This document shows positions 1 through 8,084 of a DNA stretch of 18,278 nt, piece after piece. Within the stretch, counting starts at the first letter, position 1; every line of letters starts with the position of its first letter. The notes under the pieces were generated by a model. That model saw only the letters and a program-made list of their open reading frames with translations. It had not been told where the DNA came from and made no database searches. Source of the DNA: Octopus sinensis (lineage: Eukaryota); contig NW_021824426.1 in the NCBI RefSeq assembly GCF_006345805.1, positions 1 through 18,278 of the forward strand, written 5' to 3'. The translations under genes and the position numbers were made by a program.

Positions 1-37
1 GAAGACATTTGTGTACTGTGACGAGAGAAGGAAAATT

Positions 38-1627
38 ATGGAAAATGAATTATATCGGAGTGAAGTTGAATGTAAAAGAGAGTCTGAAGAAATTGATTTT
101 TCTGGAGAGGAGAAGAATGAAAAGGGCAAAGCATCGTATGATTGTGATATCTGTGGTAAATCCTTACCTGAAAGTGGTCACGTAATTATTCACAAACGTA
201 TTCATACTGGAGAGAAGCCATATCATTGCGACATCTGTGGTAAATCATTTTCTCAAAAAATTAGTTTCACTGACCACAAACGTATTCATACTGGTGAAAA
301 ACCATATCGCTGTGATATCTGTGGTAAATCATTTTCTGAAACTGGTAACTTAACTAAGCACAAGCGTATTCATACAGGAGATAAGCCATATCATTGCGAC
401 ATCTGTGGTAAATCATTTTCTCAAACTAGTACCTTGACTGGTCACAAACGCATTCATACAAGAGAGAAGCCATATCACTGTGATATTTGTGGTAAATCAT
501 TCTCTGAAAATGGTAACTTAACTCGGCACAAGCATGTTCATACAGGAAAAAAGCCATATCACTGTGATATCTGTGGTAAATCATTTTCTCAAAAAATTAG
601 TTTGACTGACCACAAACGTATTCATACTGGGGAAAAACCATATCACTGTGATATCTGTGGTAAATCATTTTCTGTAAATGGTAGCTTAACTCAGCACAAG
701 CATGTTCATACAGGAAAAAAGCCATATCACTGTGATATCTGTGGTAAATCATTTTCTCAAAAAATTAGTTTCACTGACCACAAACGTATTCATACTGGGG
801 AAAAACCATATCATTGTGATATCTGTGGTAAATCATTTTCTGTAAATGGTAACTTAACTCAGCACAATCGCATTCATACAGGAGAAAAGCCATATCATTG
901 TGATATCTGTGGTAAATCATTTTCTCAAAAAATTAATTTGACTATCCATAAACGTATTCATACTGGGGAAAAACCATATCACTGTGATATCTGTAGTAAA
1001 TCATTTTCTGAAAATGGTAATTTAACTCAGCACAAGCGTATTCATACAGGAGAGAAGCCATATCACTGTGATATCTGTGGTAAATCATTTTCTCAAAGTG
1101 AAGATTTGACTAGACACAAACGCATACATACAGGGGAGAAGCCATATCATTGTGATATCTGTGGTAAATCATTTTCTGAAAATGGTAACTTAACTAAGCA
1201 CAAACGCATTCATACAGGAGAGAAGTCATATCAGTGTAAATCATTTTCTCAAAGTAAAGATTTGACTAGTCACAAACGCATACATACAGAGGAGAAGCCA
1301 TATCATTGTGATATCTGTGGTAAATCATTTTCTGAAAATGGTAACTTAACTAAGCACAAACGCATTCATACAGGAGAGAAGCCATATCCTTGTGATATCT
1401 GTGGTAAATCATTTTCTTACGCCAGTACCTTGACTAACCACAAACGCATTCATACAGGTGAAAAGCCATATCCTTGTGATATCTGTGGTAAATCATTTTC
1501 TTACGCCAGTACCTTGACTAACCACAAACGCATTCATACAGGTGAAAAACCATATCATTGTGATACCTGTGGTAAATCATTTTCCAAAAACAGCAATTTG
1601 TCTAGTCTCAAATGTTTTCATACATGA
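38..1627 (+). CDS. Tandem C2H2 zinc-finger protein, about 529 aa, 18 finger units (16 canonical), no recognisable effector domain
   Basis: Repeating Y-x-C-x2-C-GKSF-x5-L-T-x-H-x3-H-TGEKP units at 84-nt spacing from Tyr codon 137. First in-frame ATG is at 38 (the ORF track starts at GTG 11). A 33-aa acidic leader precedes finger 1. Stop TGA at 1625-1627. Confidence 0.93.
   Translation: MENELYRSEVECKRESEEIDFSGEEKNEKGKASYDCDICGKSLPESGHVIIHKRIHTGEKPYHCDICGKSFSQKISFTDHKRIHTGEKPYRCDICGKSFSETGNLTKHKRIHTGDKPYHCDICGKSFSQTSTLTGHKRIHTREKPYHCDICGKSFSENGNLTRHKHVHTGKKPYHCDICGKSFSQKISLTDHKRIHTGEKPYHCDICGKSFSVNGSLTQHKHVHTGKKPYHCDICGKSFSQKISFTDHKRIHTGEKPYHCDICGKSFSVNGNLTQHNRIHTGEKPYHCDICGKSFSQKINLTIHKRIHTGEKPYHCDICSKSFSENGNLTQHKRIHTGEKPYHCDICGKSFSQSEDLTRHKRIHTGEKPYHCDICGKSFSENGNLTKHKRIHTGEKSYQCKSFSQSKDLTSHKRIHTEEKPYHCDICGKSFSENGNLTKHKRIHTGEKPYPCDICGKSFSYASTLTNHKRIHTGEKPYPCDICGKSFSYASTLTNHKRIHTGEKPYHCDTCGKSFSKNSNLSSLKCFHT
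1381..1548 (+). repeat. Exact tandem duplication of one 84-bp finger unit (fingers 16 and 17)
   Basis: 1381-1464 and 1465-1548 are nucleotide-identical and both encode [27 protein letters not shown]. Confidence 0.95.
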
Positions 1628-1720
1628 GAGAAGCCATATCATTGAAACATGTGGCAAATCATTTGCTTATAGAAGCAGCGTAACTACTTCCTTAAACCTT
1701 CATGAGAGACAAACCATACC
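1628..1720 (+). pseudogene. Decayed 19th zinc finger beyond the stop codon
   Basis: After TGA the sequence reads EKPYH, then shifts frame into TCGKSFAYRSSVTTSLNLH, followed by a linker-like remnant. Confidence 0.8.
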
Positions 1721-1779
1721 AGTCATCTGTCATCATTGTTCTCCATGTCCACATTTGCCAATCTCTCATTGGTGAGATG

Positions 1780-1965
1780 ATATTTATTGAGGTGAATTTT
1801 CACTGTCCAGATGCCCTTCCTGTGGCCAACCTTCACCTGTTTCAAACTAAAATATTTCCCCGTGACCTGACATGTCTTAGTGGCAGATTGGCGATGGACA
1901 TTTCTTGCATGGCAGTGACACCTACAACAATCACACAGTCTCCAGGCAAGGATATAATAACACAC
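1780..1965 (-). mobile_element. Diverged interspersed-repeat fragment related to family C
   Basis: GATGCCCTTCCTGTGGCCAACC matches GATGCTCTTCCTTTCACCAACC near 3070 and the reverse complement of the motif near 2325-2350. Confidence 0.45.
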
Positions 1966-2264
1966 ACACATTCATAAGCCCCTCACACTTCTATGAAACA
2001 TCCCCCTCTATCCTCTGTACCACTAATATTCCCCCACCACCACTACCTTTTGTGTATGTCCTCATACATCTCCCACACCATCCATTTCTCTCTATATATC
2101 TATCATTCTCTCCTTTCTTTTCCTACTGGAATCGTCAGGTTTCTCCTCTATAGTAAGACACTCGTCTCTCTCCTGCCGTTATACATCAACCTTCCAACTG
2201 ACAAAAAGCCATCCCCCTCGCTTCCACTCCCTCTGACAACCGAGTGGATCTTTATCTTGCGAGT

Positions 2265-2380
2265 TACTTGGTGATCCCCAATGATGCTAGTGTTACATAA
2301 AAAGCACCCAATGCACTCATTAAATGGGTCGGCATTAGGAAGAGCCTCCAGCCATGGGAACCTTGCCAATGCAGACAATG
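2265..2380 (+). mobile_element. SINE-like family C, internal fragment
   Basis: AAAAAGCAC...GGCATTAGGAAGAGCCTCCAGCC...CCTTGCCAA aligns with the reverse complement of 3040-3110. Confidence 0.55.
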
Positions 2381-2382
2381 GA

Positions 2383-2490
2383 CCCCCAGGACTTATTCTT
2401 TCTACACCTTGTACTTATTCTATCTGTCCCTTTTACCAAACTGCTTAACACACCAGCATCGGTTATCAAGCGATATTGGGGGACAAGCAC
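2383..2490 (-). mobile_element. SINE family A, deleted 3' fragment
   Basis: CCCCAGGACTTATTCTTT...ACACCAGCATCGGTT..CAAGC matches minus-strand family A copies such as 9960-10080. Confidence 0.7.
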
Positions 2491-2491
2491 A

Positions 2492-2863
2492 GGCGCAGGA
2501 GTGGCTGTGTGGTAAGTAGCTTGCTAACCAACCACATGGTTCCGGGTTCAGTCCCACTGCGTGGCATCTTGGGCAGGTGTCTTCTACTATAGCCCCGGGC
2601 CGACTAATGCCTTGTGAGTGGATTTGGTAGATGGAAACTGAAAGAAGCCTGTCGTATATATGTATATATATATATGCGTGTTTGTTTGTGTGTCTGTGTT
2701 TGTCCCCCTAGCATTGCTTGACAACCGATGCTGGTGTGTTTACGTCCCCGTCACATAGCTGTTCGGCAAATAAGTGCCGGGGTTGATTTGCTCGACTAAA
2801 GGCGGTGCTCCAGCATTGCTGCAGTCAAATGACTGAAACAAGTAAAAGAGAAAAGAGAGAGAG
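2492..2863 (+). mobile_element. tRNA-derived SINE family A, near full length with an internal deletion
   Basis: Head GGCGCAGGAGTGGCTGTGTGG (A-box-like) and GGTTCAGTCCC (B-box-like), internal (TA)/(TG) tract, AGTAAAAGAG tail. About 45 bp are missing between the two AATAAGT motifs present in other copies. Confidence 0.88.
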
Positions 2864-2892
2864 ATATACATACACATACCAATCTACACATA

Positions 2893-2987
2893 ACAGGCTT
2901 CATTTAGTTTCCACCCACCAAATCCACTCACAGGGCTTTGGTCGGCTCGAGGTTATTATAGAAGACACTTACCCAAGGTGTCCATGC
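2893..2987 (-). mobile_element. SINE family A, internal fragment
   Basis: CAGGCTTC..AAATCCACTCAC..GAAGACACTT.CCCAAGGTG matches the minus copies at 7810-7900. Confidence 0.75.
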
Positions 2988-3110
2988 TTGGCATGGGTTG
3001 TACATTTTGACCAGGGCTGGAAGGCTGCATCTGATTCCTGTCTGATTTCGCATGGTTTCTACGGCTGGATGCTCTTCCTTTCACCAACCACTCTGAGAGT
3101 GTAATGGGTG
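2988..3110 (-). mobile_element. SINE-like family C, 3' portion
   Basis: GCATGGGTTG...GACCAGGG...GGTTTCTACGGCTGGATG aligns with the reverse complement of the family C tail at 7667-7777. Confidence 0.65.
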
Positions 3111-3126
3111 CTCAACAATAGAATGA

Positions 3127-3390
3127 AGAGTTAAAGAATGCAGATGTCCGAAATGTGGAATATTCTTGAAAGTACTGGAAGGTTCGGAATTCCATTTTAA
3201 ACAAGGACAGAGATTCATAATTGAGACTGATTTCACTTGTGCATCCAAAAATTTAATTTGTGCAATAACTAGTTCAGGATGTGAACACACAACAATAGAA
3301 AGAGCAAGGATTCCCCTCAAACAAAGAACAACACTTCATAAGGTATAGATTCATTTCCCAAGTTACAGACATTGTTTATGAGTTTTATTT
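3127..3390 (+). pseudogene. Penelope-like element relic: Cys-rich linker plus GIY-YIG endonuclease domain
   Basis: Frame from 3127 reads RVKECRCPKCG...FHFKQGQRFIIETDFTCASKNLICAITSSGCEHTTIERARIPLKQRTTLHKV*IHFPSYR. This fits my recollection of the PLE pattern FTC-x3-NLIY-x-ITC-x-GC-x3-YIGQT-x3-L-x2-R-x2-H, with both signature motifs eroded and an in-frame stop. Confidence 0.75.
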
Positions 3391-3903
3391 TTCAAGCACA
3401 ACATCCAAATTTTGAAAGTTCTACTACCATAACAAATGCACCTGTGTCTTACCAAGAAGTTTATAAAAAGCAAGGAATGCTTCTCAGTAAACAACTCTAG
3501 ACTTGTTTCTTGTGAATCAGTGGTCCACGTCTACAATGATGGTGTCCCTGAGTCTTTTCAAAGTGATTCAGAAAACAATTATAATAATAATATTTTGCCT
3601 ATTCTAATAATCTTGACATTGTTTTTGACTTTACATAAAATATTCTTTACATTCTACTGTTGTTTTATTGTCATTTATTTACAAGTATTATAAATTTTAT
3701 ATTGTAAAAAATTTTTGTAGGAATGAATTACAATTTATAACATTGCTTCTATGGGAAATTATTGCTTTGCTTTATGAGTTTTCACTTTAGGAGCAATCTC
3801 CAGTAAGAAATTAACTCATATATCAAGGCATTATTGTATCTGACATTATTTTGTATCTGACATGTGTGCTCTTTACATGAACTAGGACAGGGACCAGCTG
3901 AGA

Positions 3904-4240
3904 TCCCCTTCGGTCATGACTGACTATGGGATTGCACCTAGAAAGTTACCCTCCCAGGCACAAGTCCGGGCAAGGTTGTTTATGGAAGACTAGCAGTCGC
4001 CCATGCATACCGGCCTCTCCTCTCCACACCACTAGTGTTATCCAAGGGAAAGGCAAAGGGGCCGATAAAGCTTGGCACCTGTGACGTCACAACTCATTTC
4101 TACAGCTGAGTGAACTGGAGCAACATGAAATAAAGTGTCTTGCTCAAGAACACAACACAACACAGCACAGTTCGGGATTTGAACTCAAAATCTCACAATC
4201 ATAAGCTCGATCCCCTAATCACTGACACATGCGCCTTCAC
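3904..4240 (-). mobile_element. tRNA-headed CORE-like SINE (family F), full length
   Basis: Reverse strand reads GTGAAGGCGCATG head, GAGTTCAAATCC B-box, CORE-like block TTCTTGAGCAAGACACTTTATTTCATGTTGCTCCAGTTCACTCAGCTGTAGAAATGAG. The tail is shared with 9191-9385. Confidence 0.8.
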
Positions 4241-4251
4241 TGGGACCAGCA

Positions 4252-4252
<1 letters not shown>

Positions 4253-4300
<48 letters not shown>
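4253..4300. repeat. (TA)n microsatellite
   Basis: Uninterrupted TA run. Confidence 0.97.
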
Positions 4301-4303
<3 letters not shown>

Positions 4304-4305
<2 letters not shown>

Positions 4306-4600
4306 GGTGCTGGTCAATGGAGAAGTTCTTAAGAGAAAATGTTGCTAGAAGCTAGGATCACCAAACATAGATTGGCATATTTTGGTCATACTATGCGGAG
4401 AAAATCCCTGGAGAAGGACATCATGCTTGGAATGGTCAGTGGCAAGAGAGGAAGAGGCCGACCAAGAGCCCACTGGCTTGACACCATCAAGAGTGATACT
4501 GGAATGGACATAGCCAATCTGAAAGAAGTGGCCCAGTATAGAACTGACTGGAGGACACTGATCCAACGAGTGACCGAGAGTCAACTTTGACTGAGCGGAT
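4304..4600 (+). mobile_element. RTE-clade LINE, 5'-truncated 3' end
   Basis: ORF 4339-4590 LAYFGHTMRRKSLEKDIMLGMVSGKRGRGRPRAHWLDTIK...DWRTLIQRVT matches the C-terminal FGH-x-MR / GKR-x-RGRP-x3-W-x-D / R-x2-WR signature of RTE/BovB-type ORFs. Confidence 0.88.
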
Positions 4601-4624
4601 ATATAAATATATATGTATATGTAT

Positions 4625-4691
4625 GTGTGTGAAGCTATGTGCCTTCACATATATGTGTGAAGCTATATGCCTTCACATATATATGTGAAGG
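4625..4691. repeat. 28-bp tandem units with internal GTGAAG/CTTCAC inverted repeats
   Basis: GTGAAG at 4629, 4657 and 4685; CTTCAC at 4643 and 4671; perfect 22-bp palindrome at 4670-4691. Confidence 0.85.
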
Positions 4692-4800
4692 TACATGGCT
4701 CAGTGGTTAGAGCATTGGGCCCACAATTGTGAGGTAGTGAGTTCAATTCTCATGCCAGGCTGTGTATTGTGTTTTTGACCAAAATATGTTGTTTCACTTG
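4685..4800 (+). mobile_element. Family F SINE, 5' fragment
   Basis: GTGAAGGTACATGGCTCAGTGGTTAG (A-box) and GAGTTCAATTC (B-box), followed by the degraded start of the CORE-like block. Confidence 0.7.
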
Positions 4801-4854
4801 CATTTTCAAAGAGTACTCATTTGTTTTTTGTTTTTTTATTTTATATATTATATT

Positions 4855-4950
4855 AATTATTTTTATTCCTATGTTTTGGTTTATGTTTTTCACTGTTTGA
4901 TTTGCCTAATTGTGGTTTTATCTCTAATTTAATTTATATTTATACTGTAA
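4855..4950 (+). repeat. AT-rich interspersed repeat of unknown class, second copy at about 15670-15775
   Basis: CTATG..TTGGTTTATGTTTTTCACTGTTTGATTTGCCTAAT.GTGGTTTT is shared by both loci. Confidence 0.8.
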
Positions 4951-5016
4951 AATTAGATTTAATGCTAAATCTAATTTTTCCCTGTAAGTTTGGATTTACT
5001 CCCTAACATTACTAAT

Positions 5017-5175
5017 TATATATATATACATATATATATATTTATATACATATATATATATTTATATACATATATATATACATGTATATATATACACACA
5101 CATATATATACATATATATAAATACATATATATATATATATACACAGATATTTTGTATATAGATATACATACATA
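5017..5175. repeat. Compound (TA)n/(TACA)n microsatellite
   Basis: Direct reading of the sequence. Confidence 0.9.
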
Positions 5176-5176
5176 C

Positions 5177-5232
5177 GGTTAGCATGGTTGCCTTCCAAGC
5201 AGTCGATCCAGGTTCGATTCCCGGCCGATGCA
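5177..5232 (+). pseudogene. 5'-truncated tRNA-Gly(TCC) pseudogene
   Basis: GGTTAGCATGGTTGCCTTCCAAGCAGTCGATCCAGGTTCGATTCCCGGCCGATGCA: anticodon TCC at 5194-5196 in a 7-nt loop, T-loop TTCGATT, 3' acceptor strand and discriminator A. About 17 nt of the 5' end are replaced by microsatellite, and the T-stem has one mismatch. Confidence 0.85.
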
Positions 5233-5241
5233 GGCGATAGC

Positions 5242-5248
5242 TTTTTTT
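5242..5248 (+). terminator. Pol III oligo-T terminator of the tRNA relic
   Basis: Run of 7 T starting 10 nt after the discriminator base; no encoded CCA. Confidence 0.65.
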
Positions 5249-5250
5249 AA

Positions 5251-5310
5251 TGGCGGTGCCCCAGCCTGGCCACAGCTCGTGAGCTGAAACTAGATAAAAT
5301 TTTTTAAAAT
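5251..5310 (+). mobile_element. Short SINE/LINE-type 3' tail related to the family A tail
   Basis: GGCGGTGCCCCAGCCTGGCCACAGCTC.TGAGCTGAAACTAGATAAAA resembles GGCGGTGCTCCAGCATGGCCGCAGTCAAATGACTGAAACAAGTAAAA. Confidence 0.65.
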
Positions 5311-5320
5311 AAATATATAT

Positions 5321-5354
<34 letters not shown>

Positions 5355-5379
5355 TCATATATATAAGAATTGTTTGTGT

Positions 5380-5448
5380 AAGGCTGTGTAGATATTAGAA
5401 CGTTTATAGACCTTCTATCTATAAATGTTCTCATATCTACACAGCCTT
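5380..5448 (+). other. 69-nt hairpin: 31-bp stem with one G-U pair and one mismatch, 7-nt loop
   Basis: 5380-5410 pairs with 5418-5448. Confidence 0.9.
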
Positions 5449-5920
5449 GGTTCTTTATCTCATTACGCAAAATATTGTTATATACACACGCTGACATGTG
5501 ACCAATGTTGAAACCCCTTCGAAAAATTACCGAACCTGGAACTTAACTATCGTGTCTATAGCACTTCTTCAACATTACCTGACACCTTTGGGTCTCAATG
5601 ACACCATTACCTATTATAACCTATATATATATGTATGCCATAAAAACACATGTAATTTGCACACCTGTGTAATTTACACAGGTAATTTTCTGGATAAAAA
5701 CTGTTAAAAAGAAACTTCTACTCGTGTAAAATTCACACCCAATTGTTGGCCAGAGGGAAAAGGTTTTCAATTTAGTTGTATTTAGCATAATTTCACTTAC
5801 TCATAATTAGATTTTATTAAATTTTCACTAATTAAAAATAATTTCTGTTTAACAGGTATCACATTGAAAGTTATTAAATTATGAAGTGTTTGTGTTGTTT
5901 ATAATAAACTTTATTTTACA

Positions 5921-6579
5921 CTAGCACTATGACCCGGCAACACCAGGTCATAGTGCTAGTGCATGCATATACAGCTGCGTGTGTGCACACATACATGCGA
6001 GTACTGTCCAAATCTCCGACCAATCACATACAGCTAGCTGCGGAGGCACATGGCCTAGTGGTTAGAGCAGCGGACTCGCGGTCGAGGGATGGCGGGTTCG
6101 AATCTCAGACCGGGCGATGTGTGTTTATGAGCGAAACACCTAAACTCCACAGAGCTCCGGCAGAAGGTAATGGTGAAACTTCTGCTGACTCTCTCTCTCA
6201 CTCTTTCCTCCTGCATCTTGCAGCTCACCTGAGATGGACTGGCGTCCCGTCCTGGTGGGGAACCTATACGCCAAGACACCGGCCCTTATAAGACAGGCAT
6301 GGCTCAAGAAGGAACAACCATACAGCTCACTGCCATTCAATTGGCGTATCAAGTTTTGGGCATTTTGATTGGGTTTTGGATAGAAAATTCACAAAAAGTC
6401 ATTTCTATTGATTTTTTAATGGATTTGCGTGGTGACTGGGGAAATGTAGAGATGTGCACGACCACCCTCGGACGGTTATGAATGACCATAGAAAGTGCAA
6501 GCCCTCTAACTGAAAAATTGTGGATTTGTATAAAGAACACACACACAGACAGACATCTTGCCGTTTATATATATAGAGA
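5921..6579 (-). mobile_element. Non-autonomous Helitron-like element carrying a nested SINE
   Basis: The minus strand starts A|TC (TCTCTATATATATAAACGGCAAG, followed by a GT tract) and ends in a hairpin plus CTAG|T. Removing the element rejoins A5920 to T6580, the AT target with no TSD expected of Helitrons. Confidence 0.68.
6042..6320 (+). mobile_element. tRNA-derived SINE family B
   Basis: TGGCCTAGTGG A-box, GGTTCGAATC B-box, GATGGACTGGCGTCCCGTCC block. A 9-bp TSD-like repeat CATACAGCT lies at 6027-6035 and 6319-6327. Confidence 0.85.
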
Positions 6580-6775
6580 TTCTTTATTAACAAATTCAAG
6601 TATACTATAAAATTTCCAGTAATGAAGTTGTCTCAGAGTGAATATTTTTACAGATGATGACAAATTTGAGGTTCACCTTGACAATATTGAAGTTGAAAAA
6701 AGATGAAGGGAAAAAACATTGTGTTTTAGCAGACAAAATAGTTTTAATTGTTGTCATGTAAAAAATCTTCACATA

Positions 6776-6954
6776 GGTGCAGGAATGGCTGTGTGGTAAG
6801 TAGCTTGCTTACTAACCACATGGTTCTGGGTTCAGTCCCACTGTTAGCCACCTATAGTGCCTTCTACTATAGCCTTGTGAGTGGATTTAGTAGATGGAAA
6901 TTGAAAGAAGCCCGTTGTATATATGTGTATATATATATGTATATGTATGTGTGT
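6776..6954 (+). mobile_element. SINE family A, 5' half
   Basis: Family A head and body up to the internal microsatellite, with small internal deletions. Confidence 0.8.
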
Positions 6955-7030
6955 GCGAGCCCTCTAACTGAAAAATTGTGGATTTGTATAAAGGACACAC
7001 ACAGAAACATTTTGCCGTTTATATAAAGAG
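6955..7030 (-). mobile_element. Second fragment of the Helitron-like 5' end
   Basis: Near-copy of 6497-6579 (GCCCTCTAACTGAAAAATTGTGGATTTGTATAAAG...TTGCCGTTTATATA). Confidence 0.8.
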
Positions 7031-7069
7031 CACTGTATACAATAATTTCATTATTATTATTATTATTAT
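7028..7069 (+). mobile_element. Extreme 3' tail of the CR1-type LINE
   Basis: GAGCACTGTATACAATAATTTC(ATT)n is identical to the tails in 13447-14435. Confidence 0.85.
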
Positions 7070-7239
7070 AAGCATAATGTACAAATCAATACTGAGGATT
7101 AACTAGACTGTAATTAACGGGAAACATGGCTATTTAAGCTCATAAAATATTTATACCAAAATGATTTTTGGAAAGATAGAAAATATACTTATGACAAACA
7201 CATCAGTATTGATTTTATATCGATTAGATCCAAGGTCTC

Positions 7240-7644
7240 TTTACTCTGTCTTTTTATTTGTTTCAGCCATTTGACTGCGGCCATGCTGGAGCACAGCCTT
7301 TAATCGAGCAAATCGACCCCGGGACTTATTCTTTTGTAAGCCCAGTACTTATTCTATCGGTCTCTTTTGCCGCACCACTAAGTAACGGGGACATAAACAC
7401 ACCAGCATTGGTTGTCAAGCAATGCTAGGGGAACAAACACAGACACACAAGCTCACACACATACATATATATACATATATACGACGGGCTTCTTTCAGTT
7501 TCCGTCTACCATATCCACTCACAAGGCATTGGTCGGCCCGAGGCTATATTAGAAGACGCTTGGCCAAGGTGCCACGCAGTGGGACTGAACCCGGAACCAT
7601 GTGGTTGGTAAGCAGGCTACTTACCACACAGCCACTGCTGCGCC
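7240..7644 (-). mobile_element. SINE family A, full-length reading
   Basis: Tail TTTACTC at 7240 through head CTGCGCC at 7644. Confidence 0.9.
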
Positions 7645-7666
7645 TATATATATATATATATATATT

Positions 7667-7776
7667 GCCAAATTAGACTGGAGCCTGGTGCAGCCTTCTG
7701 GCTTCCCAGAACCCCGGTCGAACCGTCCAACCCATGCTAGCATGGAGAACGGACGTTAAACGACGATGTGATGATG

Positions 7777-7777
<1 letters not shown>
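7667..7777 (+). mobile_element. SINE-like family C 3' end with (GAT)n tail
   Basis: Palindrome CCATGCTAGCATGG followed by GGACGTTAAACGACGATGTGATGATGA; an inverted counterpart lies at 9553-9615. Confidence 0.75.
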
Positions 7778-7804
<27 letters not shown>

Positions 7805-7807
<3 letters not shown>

Positions 7808-7969
7808 TACGACAGGCTTCTTTCAGTTTCTGTCTACCAAATCCACTCACAAGGCTTTGGTCGGCCCGAGGCTATAGTAGAAGACACTTGGCCAAGGTGC
7901 CATGCAGTGGGACTGAACCCGGAACCATGTGGTTGGTAAGCAGGCTACTTACCACACACCCACTCTGCG

Positions 7970-7970
<1 letters not shown>
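7805..7970 (-). mobile_element. SINE family A, 5' half
   Basis: CGACAGGCTTCTTTCAG through CACTCTGCGC, bounded by (TA)n on both sides. Confidence 0.88.
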
Positions 7971-8007
<37 letters not shown>

Positions 8008-8010
8008 TAT

Positions 8011-8044
<34 letters not shown>

Positions 8045-8084
8045 ATTATATATATATTATATATACATACACACACACACATAT

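Noticed and set aside
11-37. GTG-initiated N-terminal extension (MYCDERRKI) in the ORF track
   Set aside because: GTG starts are rare in animals, and an in-frame ATG lies at 38.
2111-2150. Minus-strand CTGACGA followed by a TTCC-AGTA-GGAA hairpin and GAAA (hammerhead-like)
   Set aside because: Two extra A residues separate helix II from GAAA, and no helix III or NUH site can be formed. At best a heavily decayed relic.
3540-3585. CTGAG...GAAAAC downstream of the Penelope relic as a possible hammerhead
   Set aside because: The core does not match CUGANGA and helices I and III are absent.
4949-4978. 13-bp AT-rich hairpin with a 4-nt loop
   Set aside because: Real but almost entirely A/T and inside a repeat fragment; no function can be supported.
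5663-5683. 21-nt palindrome ACCTGTGTAA-T-TTACACAGGT
   Set aside because: Short and isolated, with no associated termini or TSD.
6650-6712. Acceptor-like TTTTTACAG followed by a short open frame (DDKFEVHLDNIEVEKR)
   Set aside because: Too short, no recognisable similarity and no partner exon.
7091-7130. CTGAGGA...GAAAC on the plus strand
   Set aside because: Helix II does not close next to GAAA, and the paralogous D copy does not keep the motif.
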